This document shows, one piece after another, positions 11,381-21,378 of a stretch of DNA of 33,622 nucleotides (its first letter is position 1; the number at the start of each line of letters is the position of its first letter). The stretch is taken from positions 1-33,622 of the forward strand of contig NW_021832044.1 of assembly GCF_006345805.1 (NCBI RefSeq), read 5' to 3'. The stretch is from Octopus sinensis. Lineage: Eukaryota. Position numbers and translations under genes: made by a program. The notes beneath the pieces are model-generated. The model was not told the DNA's origin, ran no database searches, and worked only from the letters and a program-made list of their open reading frames with translations.

Positions 11381-11874
11381 TATCTTTCTGAATTTCAAAA
11401 GAAGAAAAACTCACGGACTCCAGCCATGACTGCGAAGCCGCAAACAACTCTGCACGCGTATCTTTTGCGTTGAACACGCAAGTAAAACATTTATGAAAAT
11501 GTACACATAAATAAGTTATGTTTGCGACTATCTATATGATTGATAGAAAAGTTTGTGTAAAATGAAATTAAATCCAGGTTTAGTGTTTAGACACAGATCG
11601 ATCAAGTTAGTAAAGATTTAACAGTTATGTGACAGCATTGGTAAAACAGTCCTAAGTGACAAAACAGTTGATTACCAACGGAAACTTTGGAAATTGTGAT
11701 GATAAACAAATGATTTCAACAACTCCTCACCACCACAAAAAATAATTACTCTTCTAAAAAGATTGACATTTTCACTTTGTATCACATTTTCATTAGAATG
11801 TATGAAGACATTGTGTCAGGAATTATTGAGTTTAAAACTTAATATTTGATATAGTTTTCTCATTATGTTTCCAG

Positions 11875-11965
11875 GTTCAAATTCCGAGCACGAAATAAGA
11901 CGTACAGTAGCAGAAACGAACTTATGAAGGAAAATCAAGAAAATGTGTCCAAGAGTATTCTCTGA
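11875..11965 (+). CDS. Candidate terminal exon (phase 2: FKFRARNKTYSSRNELMKENQENVSKSIL*; phase 0: VQIPSTK*), possibly of the adhesion GPCR
   Basis: Good acceptor (gttttctcattatgtttccAG) in non-repeat DNA followed by a short polar/basic ORF; no homology evidence. Confidence 0.3.
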
Positions 11966-12589
11966 TTATATTTTACGTCAAAAAACTAAATGTTCTTATA
12001 TTACAATTAAACTCCGTAAATATATTCTAGCGGCAAATTTCATATTTACTATTTTTTGCTTTATATATATAATAAATTATTAAATAAATCAAACAAATGC
12101 ATATATACAAACATATATGTACGTACCTACCTCTACATGTATACATACATGTATATATGGGTACAGGGCACCAAAAAACGTTGAACACAATGAGAAACGA
12201 AAACATAAACACAAAACCAAGGAAATGGACATTTTTCTTAAACAACGAAAAAAAAGTACAGGACATACAAGACAAGGAAAATTCCCCTTCTTCAGTCGCC
12301 TTTGTTTCATCTACTCCACGTTTCGAAGGTCAAGGTGGTACATGACTTTAATGAAACAATCCTTCCCGTGAAAATCAAATTAAATAAAATTTGAAATTTT
12401 TTTTGTGGAGGGGTAAAAATGGTAACAAAAACAGGAGAGTAACGACAGTACAAAATATAAACAGTAAAAGACAGGACAAGGAGAATAACAGTAACACAAA
12501 CAAGAAGGGCTGTTAAGCCGAACGAGATAAATTTTTTACGAACGCTATTTTTTGAGAACGGCAAGAAGCAACAGAAAGTGCCGTCACTA

Positions 12590-12702
<113 letters not shown>

Positions 12703-13085
12703 GCTCGTGTATATATATGCTCGTGTATGTGTGCATGTGTATATTTGTGTGTGCGTGTATATTCAAGAGTCACCTTCTATTTTCTTCTTATATTGCATCA
12801 AACATACATTTACATAACGTAGCCTTATTTTTGTCTATTGATACAACGCTGCGCAACTAAGAGACTCTATAATGTAATTTTAAACCAGGCTACATACCTG
12901 ACGAGTGGCCGAAAGGCAAAGATCTGAAAATCTTCCCGCAATTTAAAATCTTTCCATATTTTCTAATTGTAAATTTCACTATTGACTTCTTTTTCAATGT
13001 AATATTTAAATTCTTCTGAATAAAGTCGTATGTTACTTATACTTTATGGAAATTCAGCTTAATCTATAATAATAATAATATAATA

Positions 13086-13126
<41 letters not shown>

Positions 13127-13160
13127 TATTAATAATAACAATAATAATAATAATATAATA

Positions 13161-13194
<34 letters not shown>

Positions 13195-13195
<1 letters not shown>

Positions 13196-13900
13196 TACCA
13201 AAAACGTGTAATGAAAAGAAATATAACAAGTAACTGCAGAATATGTGGAGATGGACAAGAGACAATAAATCATATTATCTCTGGCTGCCCAGTCCTGGCT
13301 AAGAAGGAATATATTCACAGACACGACAGAGTTGGGACCTACATACACTGGAAGCTATGCCAACATTATGGAATAACAACAGAAAAAAGATGGTATAGGC
13401 ACACACCAGAAAAGGTCACAGAAAACGAGAAAGCAACCATACTCTGGGATATGCCGATACACACAGATAGAGAAATTAAGGCCAACAGACCAGATATAGT
13501 TGTCAGAGATCATGAAGAAAAAAATGCTTTCTAATTGATGTATCAATACCAGCAGATGACAACGTGTCTCTAAAAGAAATGGAGAAACTTTCAAAATACA
13601 AAGACCTGGAAATAGAGGTAACCAGAATGTGGAATGTAAAAACAGAAACACTTCCTATCATGGTAGGTGCATTAGGCATGATAAAAAAATATTCAGACAA
13701 ATACATAACAAAAACACCAGGACTTACAAACACATATAACATACAGAAAATTGCACTACTAGGCACTGCACACATCCTACGCAGAACACTTTCCATACAA
13801 TAACCATCAGAGCATCACAACAAATCACAGCACATACCCAAGGCACACAGAGCTGCGCTCGGTAGTGAAGTGAAAGCACGCTATAAAAATAAAACTACTG
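13195..13900 (+). mobile_element. 5'-truncated R4/Dong-type non-LTR retrotransposon (CCHC + RHD + PD-(D/E)xK restriction-like endonuclease and 3'UTR), copy 1
   Basis: CRICGDGQETINHIISGC, YIHRHDRV, ANRPDIVV, (frameshift in an A run) LIDVSIP...KLSKYKDL...PIMVGALG; flanked by (TAA)n on both sides. Confidence 0.9.
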
Positions 13901-13922
13901 AATAATAATAATAATAATAATA

Positions 13923-13967
<45 letters not shown>

Positions 13968-13968
<1 letters not shown>

Positions 13969-14659
13969 TACCAAAAACGTGTAATGAAAAGAAATATAAC
14001 AAGTAACTGCAGAATATGTGGAGATGGACAAGAGACAATAAATCATATTATCTCTGGCTGCCCAGTCCTGGCTAAGAAGGAATATATTCACAGACACGAC
14101 AGAGTTGGGACCTACATACACCGGAAGCTATGCCAACATTATGGAATAACAACAGAAAAAAGATGGTATAGGCACACACCAGAAAAGGTCACAGAAAACG
14201 AGAAAGCAACCATACTCTGGGATATGCCGATACACACAGATAGAGAAATTAAGGCCAACAGACCAGATATAGTTGTCAGAGATCATGAAGAAAAAAATGC
14301 TTTCTAATTGATGTATCAATACCAGCAGATGACAACGTGTCTCTAAAAGAAATGGAGAAACAAAGACCTGGAAATAGAGGTAACCAGAATGTGGAATGTA
14401 AAAACAGAAACACTTCCTATCATGGTAGGTGCATTAGGCATGATAAAAAAATATTCAGACAAATACATAACAAAAACACCAGGACTTACAAACACATATG
14501 ACATACAGAAAATTGCACTGCTAGGCACTGCACATATCCTACGCAGAACACTTTCCATACAGTAACCATCAGAGCATCACAACAAATCACAGCACATACC
14601 CAAGGCACACAGAGCTGCGCTCCGTAGTGAAGTGAAAGCACGCTATAAAAAATATACTA

Positions 14660-14662
<3 letters not shown>
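13968..14662 (+). mobile_element. R4/Dong-type 3' fragment, copy 2 (duplicate of copy 1)
   Basis: Same 5' breakpoint (taccaaaaacgtg) and same A7 frameshift as copy 1; additional ~11-bp deletion near 14360 and a few substitutions. Confidence 0.9.
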
Positions 14663-14711
<49 letters not shown>

Positions 14712-14756
14712 TAATAATATAATAATAATAATAATAATATAATAATAATAATAATA

Positions 14757-15447
14757 TGTGGCAAATATGTGGCCCGCAGCAAACAAGCTGATGTTGACCA
14801 GAAGCAAACCCATCAGTGGCTACGGAGCTCAGGGCTAAAAGCAGAGAGCGAAGGTTTCATCCTGGCTGCTCAAGTGGTATAATCACCACCCTGAGGCTGT
14901 AACTGAAGGAGAAAATGTAACGATTCTGTGGGACTTTCCAGTACATACAGACCGAACCATCAAGGCCAATAAACCAGATATTGTTATGAAAGACCAAAAC
15001 AATAAAGTTTGCTTATTGATCGACATGAGCATCCCCTGTGATCATAATATCTCAGCGAAAGAGTTTGACAAGCTCAGAAAATATAAAAACCTACTCATTG
15101 AAATTGAGAAAATGTGGCATCTCAAGGCGGTTACAATACCAGTGATCGTAGGAGCACTAGGAATGATCAAGAAGGGAACCGAAAATTATATGAGAATGAT
15201 CCCTGGCTTACCATCCCTGCAAGAAGTGCAAAAGATTGTCTTAACTGGTACATCACACGTATTGAGAAGAGCATTGTCGATGTGAGAATTATACTACCCA
15301 TGTATTTTAATTTAACTTAAAAAAAGAATGAACGAACTATTGAGTTTAGTTTAATGGCCTACCAATGTATACTATGAGCTTCTTTGCCCTAGGAGTCGGG
15401 AAGACACTCGGAAAGAAATGGAAGCAAATTTGAAACGGGAAAAAAAG
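14757..15447 (+). mobile_element. Second R4/Dong-type family 3' fragment with internal deletion of the CCHC/RHD segment
   Basis: GKY...THQWLRSSGLKAESEGFILAAQ joins directly to WYNHHPEAV...ILWDFPVHTDRTIKANKPDIV...LIDMSIP...KLRKYKNL...PVIVGALG; its 3'UTR is unrelated to copies 1-2; (TAA)n on both sides. Confidence 0.88.
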
Positions 15448-15473
15448 TAATAATAATAATAATAATAATAATA

Positions 15474-15509
<36 letters not shown>

Positions 15510-15706
15510 TGATAATAAAATCAGATATAATAAAAATCAGTCTTAAAATACTTATGTCTTTGGAAAAGCCAAGATATTTCGTACATTGTTCTCATTATAT
15601 TTTATCGCGACTATTGACATGCTGGAGCATGCATAGAGGGAATTTCGTCAAACGAATCGACGGCAGAAAAAAATTAGTCTGGTACTTATTCTATCTAATT
15701 TGCGGG

Positions 15707-16040
15707 GTCGTGAATATACCAACACTGATTGTGAAAGTCTGATCGGGGGACATACGCAAGCCTCATAGAAGTTCGAGGTCATCCACCCGAGGTGCTTGCA
15801 CAAGATTCCTGGTATCACCTGGCAAGAAAATGTAACCAATACAAAAGTTTTGAGATAAGCAACAATTCCGAGTATGACAATAGTTCTGTACAAAAGGAGA
15901 ATGATATGGCGTGACGTACATGGATGAGAAAAACATCTTAATCAGTTGTTATATAAGCTTGCTCACAGGAGGAGATTCAGAGGTCGACCGAAGCTGAGAT
16001 TGAAGGACATAAGTAAGAGCAGCCTGAACACGTTCGACAT
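15707..16040 (+). mobile_element. Decayed RTE-clade LINE fragment (C-terminal to RT)
   Basis: Translates to HPRCLHKIPGITWQENVTNTKVL*...RRMIW...RGRPKLRLKD, matching the RTE pattern FHxRCLRxILxIxWxDxVTNxEVL...GRPxLRxKD. Confidence 0.75.
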
Positions 16041-16115
16041 CGAGACAAAGACAGAACAGCAAGGAAAACCTCAGTGGATAAAAGAGTCCAACAGCTCGAG
16101 AAATAAATAAAATAC

Positions 16116-16533
16116 TTATTTCTTTATTACCCACAAGGGGCTAAAAATGGAAGGGACAAACAAGGACAGGCAGAGGTATTAAGTCGATTACATCGATCCC
16201 AGTGCGTAACTGGTACTTAATTTATCGACCCCGAAAGGATGAAAGGCAATGTTGACCTCGGCAGAGTTTGAACTCAGAACGTAACGGCAGACGAAATACC
16301 TGTTTCTTTACTACCCACAAGGGGCTAAAAATGGAAGGGACAAACAAGGACAGGCATTGGTATTAAGTCGATTACATCGATCCCAGTGCGTAACTGGTAC
16401 TAAATTTATCGACCCCGAAATGATGAAAGGTAAAGACGACCTCGGCGGAATTTGAACTCAGAACGTAACGACAGACGAAATACGGCTACGCATTTCACCC
16501 GGCGTGCTAACGTTTCTGCCAGCTCGCCGCCTT
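16116..16533 (-). mobile_element. Two tandem family-3 SINE units (one 5'-truncated, one full)
   Basis: 16118-16300 and 16303-16533 are both co-linear with 3139-3371. Confidence 0.88.
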
Positions 16534-16920
16534 CGAAAGAAATAAAAAACTGACCCTCGAAGAAAAACAAAACGGAAAGAAAGACAACACACATCAGCCC
16601 TGCATCACCTTACTTGATTTCAGATTTTGCAGCTGTTTCCGTTTCCGGGTCTGTTCCGTTAACTTACGGGTCGGACCACGTCGTTGTATTTACCCGGTGC
16701 ATATCGCCACAGACTCCCGGCGACTGACGGGATCGGTCGCGGCTACGTCCACGTGTACGTGGGCGATACCGCGAGCTTCGATTCGTTCTTACAAGATCGG
16801 GCACGGTAGCGCGGCGGAGCTCTGGGCGACTGGCGCAGGCCTGGCGCAACCCTGCCGCTGGCGGCGTCCCCTACCTATACTAGCCGCAGTTGTCATCAAA
16901 CATAAGAAGGATGAGGCATG

Positions 16921-17237
16921 AGAGTTAAGTTAATTTTTTGGCTCAAAAAGCAAAAAGCAAGGCCAGTTAGGGGACATGGAGTTATGTACAGGGAGAGTGT
17001 TCATGCAAAGAGTTCAGGCCATTTCTGGTCAAGAGAGACTTTGAACCGAGCGGTCGTTGGCATCTTCACTATCTCGCCCGGCAGCTTATTCCACCGATCC
17101 GCAACCCGGACGAAGAAAGCCCCTCTCCTTCGATTGAGATGAAATCGTCGCAGATAGAGCTTTTCGGAGTGACCCCGCAGCCGACGCTCTGGAGCAGGAG
17201 TGAAGAACAGCTCTTTCGAGAGGTTACACTTTCCGCT
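16921..17237 (-). mobile_element. CR1-type LINE 3' end
   Basis: - strand encodes LRGHSEKLYLRRFHLNRRRGAFFVRVADRWNKLP (CR1-like C-terminus); near-identical to 29720-30032 (+). Confidence 0.8.
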
Positions 17238-17432
17238 TATGATGTTGTGAGCGAGATTGAGAGAAGCTGAAGAGGGAAAACTGAGTACTTATTAAGACAC
17301 ACTGCTTTGCTTAGAGCCTCGCTCAAGACGTAAAGAGCCATGTATAGACAGAAAGACCGACAAGCAGGCAAGAAGTAGGCAGAGACACAGAAAGTGAGGG
17401 GCAGATAAATTGTTAGATAATTAGATAGGTAA

Positions 17433-17439
<7 letters not shown>

Positions 17440-17474
<35 letters not shown>

Positions 17475-17799
17475 GAGGTGGGACAGGGATTCAGAGAACG
17501 AAAGAGACAGATATATAAATACTTAGAAGATAGATAGACAGAAAGACAGACAGAAAGATAGATAGATAGATAGATACATACATACATACATAGTATGTAA
17601 GCATAGAGATAGATAGATAGATAGATAGATAGACGGATGGATAGATAGATAGATAGATAGATAGACAGACAGATACATACATTCATACGTACATAGAAAG
17701 ATAGATGGATAGATAGATAGATAGATAGATAGATAGACAGATAGATAGATGGATAGATAGATAGATGGATAGATAGATAGATGGATAGATAGATAGATA
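17440..17799. repeat. (GA)n then (GATA)n/(GACA)n microsatellite
   Basis: Direct reading. Confidence 0.93.
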
Positions 17800-17928
17800 A
17801 CTTTTTATTGTAGCCACACAGGGCTAAACACAGAATAAAAATGGACGAAATAAAATGTAGAATTTTTCTTTTCGAGGTGGGATGGGTGGGGCACACAAAA
17901 AAAAAACGTTTGATTGGTGTATAAAAAG

Positions 17929-17967
<39 letters not shown>

Positions 17968-18083
17968 TCACAGTTTAGGTGTAGCCTTGGAAAGAAAAAC
18001 CTACAAAAAAGACCAAAGTAACCTCAGACAGTTCGAAAATGAACACATGAGTAAGTCGCCTTACTTGTCGTTGTCTCTTTTGG

Positions 18084-18620
18084 TTACAGATTTATGCTTA
18101 AAATAGTGTCGTCTTTCATACTGACCATTTTTGCCACTTTTACCCACTTTTTATTAAAACATTCGTTCGACAAAGCCTTCCTCTCTATTCTCATCCTCCT
18201 TTTCAAGTGGTACTTGAAAAAGTTGACGAGAGACTGACCAGAGAGGAAGTTGTTTGTTTGCAGTCCTTTCAAACGCGTCCACCACACACATTCTTTCGCC
18301 ATAGCCATCAGCGTAACGAAAACCGTTTTCCCTTCCCGTTAAAGGAAGGTGGTGGAACAACACTCACGATAGACTCGGCCGATAGGCGGGCCCGACCTAC
18401 ACGTGACAACAGCTCTTCGACGAAGGTCCACAGCTCTGAAATATCTGGACACTGCACGAGTGCGTGCAGAACGGTTTCGTCGCTCTGACCGCATCTCGGG
18501 CAGGTCGGTCCGGTGATGGTTTTCGAACCGTGTCTGTAGCTCTTCTCTCGAACAGGTAGTGCGTCTCGATAGCACTGCCAAGCCAGGGATTTCTGGAAGT
18601 TATCCATAGGCCCCATCCAC
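18084..18620 (-). pseudogene. Element A ORF2 C-terminal remnant (zf-RVT-type CCHC), frameshifted
   Basis: Homologous to 21379-21910 of element B. Confidence 0.85.
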
Positions 18621-18657
18621 ACGCTACATTGGAAGAGACAAGAGGCAAGAGGGAAGG

Positions 18658-20531
18658 TCACTTACTCATTTCGAAAGTTTCATTTTCTTCTTTTTCTTTT
18701 GTAGTGTCTTTGAGGAGGTGCTTGTATAGTTTTTTGGAGAGGTATCGTTGAAACCCGCCTACCGCATTTGGAAATATTGTTTTCAGTGTATGGTGTTGTG
18801 TTTGTGTTATGTGTACAATTCTAATGTGTTTCGGTGGTGTGGTTCGCGGATGATTGTTTGTCTTAAAGTCATCTTCACAGATGTCCGTGTTGGATGCAAT
18901 GTAATCCATTAACTTTTTATTGTCTGTGTCTATTGCAGTTAGTTGTGTGTGTGGTTTTGCGGATTCATTGATTTTTTGATTGTCTAGGGGGATGCTGTCC
19001 GGAGTTAAATATCTCCCTGCTTTACTTCCTTGTTTGGTGGGCTTTTTCTATCTTTTCCTTTTACCCCCTGTGGCTATTTGCCATTCCGTCGAACTTTCGT
19101 CGTCCGACGAATCAGAAGGGAGTAAAGGCAAAGCATTTGCGTTAATATGTATGCTTGTAGAAATTGTTGATGTTTTGTGCAATGTTTGTGTTGTTGTGGT
19201 GTTAGGGGTAGAATTTGTCTTCTCGTCACTGTTTTCTGTCTTTTTAATTGTCGTCCTCGGTGTTTGTGTTGGTCTAGTTTTTGTTGGTTCAGCATGTTGA
19301 ATTGGTTGCGACGTCAACGGTGATTGTGTTGGTACTGTTTTTTTTCTTGGTGATGTTGGGGTTTGTTTGCTGGTTTGTTGTTTTTCTTGGCATTGTTCCA
19401 TAATTGAGTGTGTTGGTGTTGGTGTTGGCAACAAGGGTTTTTTATTTGTTTTCTGATTTGTTCTTTCTTGTTTTTTCTGTGCCAGAGCGCACTTGGCAAT
19501 TAAATGTTCTGGGCTGCCACAGTTGTAGCATCTAGGCTTTTTGCCTTCTGCTACAACATATAGGCTTTGCCCATTTTCTAAATGGATCCTATCAGGTAGG
19601 TTCTCGATAGAGTACCCATCAATCTGGATGCTGATTTCTATTGTTTTTCCACCCCAATTGTCGTTTATGTATACGGCAGTCTCTAAAATATTTATAGTTT
19701 TCAAATGGTAACAGATTGCCCCTGTTATCCATTTGTTAGGTATCTCGGGGGGTACATTTTTAATGCTAATTCTACTCACTCTCTGGCCTTTGTAATATGG
19801 TACCATGATGATTTCATCATTTTGCAAAGACTCCGTAGAGTGAGCTTTTGCCACTTCCTGGTTAGGGAAGCGGACCACCACTGTATTATACTGGGGACCC
19901 CAGTTTATATATTCTTTTTTTTTCATTATGTTTTTTAAACACTTTTCTATGTCCGTTTTTGTAGTCTGTTCATTTTGTTTTTTGTTTTTCTTATAATTTT
20001 ATATATAATTGTCTTATTTTCTATTTGTTCCTTTATGTGTTGAGGTGTATGCAGCACTAAATCTTGCCCTTGGGTTGTAAAGATTGCTCTCGTTTCTATT
20101 AACTGTTCATTCGTAAATTTTACTATTTCTTTTTTCTGACGCAGAGTGTTAGCGAAATTTACTGATGTTGTTGATTCTTTTATATTAACGTCTTCACTAT
20201 TAGATAGTAAGATATTTATTTCATTTTTATTGTTGTTGTTGTTGTTGTTGTTTTTGTTAATAGTATTCGCGTGAGTTTCATTTTCATCGTTTATGTTGGT
20301 GGTGGTGGTGGTGGTGGTGGTGGTAGCAGTAGTAGTCCCGTTGTTGTTGTTAGTGGTGGTGGTGGTGGTGACAGGGCTGTTACCGCAAGTGGTTGCACCG
20401 TTCACTACCACGTCATTCAGGTTTGTCTTTATCGTACATAAGTTCATTTTTTCTCCTAGCGTTTCCAATCTAGGAAAATGCTGTTCCATAAAGGAACGCG
20501 ACCAGCGTTCTACAATAAGATTTCTGGACAT
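18658..20531 (-). pseudogene. Element A ORF1 (gag-like, CCHC zinc knuckle, poly-T/N low-complexity N-terminus), frameshifted
   Basis: ATG of MSRNLIVERWSRSF at 20531; pieces 19947-20615, 19048-19926 and 18658-18909 are co-linear with element B ORF1 (WQIATGGKRKR shared). Confidence 0.8.
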
Positions 20532-20729
20532 TTTGAAAGTGTCGAGAAGAAAAATACACAAATTAAATAGGGTTAAAACAGCCCCTAGGGGCGAATTCCT
20601 CCCTTGGGAAAGCACTCAAACGAAAGTTGGGTGCCTTACACACATTATTTATAAAAATGTACATAAAATATGGGCTATAAATAGTAAAAATAAACGATTA
20701 CCTTCGGAGCCGAAGTGACAGCACGTCCG

Positions 20730-20889
20730 TAGATAAATAGATAGATAGATAGATAGATAGACAGATAGGTAGATAGAGAGATAGATAGATAGATAGATAA
20801 GGTAGATAGATAGATAGATAGATAGGTGGATAGATAGGTAGATAGACAGATAGATAGATAGATAGGTAGATAGATGGATAGATAGATAA

Positions 20890-20920
<31 letters not shown>

Positions 20921-20939
20921 TATAGATAGATAGATAAGG

Positions 20940-20980
<41 letters not shown>

Positions 20981-21028
20981 GGATAGATAGATAGATAGAT
21001 AGATAGGTAGATAGATAGATAGATAGGC

Positions 21029-21070
<42 letters not shown>

Positions 21071-21086
21071 GGTAGATAGATAGATA
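20730..21086. repeat. (GATA)n microsatellite between elements A and B
   Basis: Direct reading. Confidence 0.95.
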
Positions 21087-21378
21087 ACTTTCTTTTATTA
21101 GCCACACAGGGCTGAATACAGAGGGGACAAATACAAATGTAGAGTTTTTCTTTACGAGGGTGGAAAAAAGAAAATAAATGTAAGATTGCGATCAAAAGGG
21201 ATGGAGAGAAAAAAGGAAGAGAAATCGTGTATCACAGAAACATTGATAAAAACATTGATAAAACAAGATTGGGTTCATCCGTGGGAAGAAAGGCCTACAG
21301 AAAAGACCACGGGAACCTCAGTCAGGTAGGAAAATAACCACATGAGAGCAAAATGCTCTCTCTCTTCTTTTTTACGAT

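Larger units (their letters stand above)
13066..15517. repeat. (TAA)n microsatellite split into four tracts (about 13066-13194, 13901-13967, 14663-14756, 15448-15517) by three retrotransposon insertions
   Basis: Direct reading. Confidence 0.92.
17800..20729 (-). mobile_element. L1/Tx1-clade element A: complete 5' and 3' ends, ORF1 retained, EN-RT deleted (non-autonomous, HAL1-like)
   Basis: 5' end cggacgtgctgtcacttcggctccgaagg is identical to element B; ORF1 has a CYNCGSPEHLIAKC knuckle; the ORF1 stop is followed within ~50 nt by the ORF2 C-terminus (KSLAWQCYRDALPVR...CPRCGQSDETVLHALVQC); flanked by (GATA)n. Confidence 0.88.

Noticed and set aside
12895-12935. Hammerhead-like ctgacgagtggccgaaaggc
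   Set aside because: CUGACGA and GAAA are present, but I cannot build convincing helices I-III.
17237-17971. Long LSIY/YLSI-repeat ORFs (also 20649-21195, 27238-27552) and YIYI ORFs elsewhere
   Set aside because: Stop-free frames of (TATC)n and (TA)n microsatellites; no coding signal.
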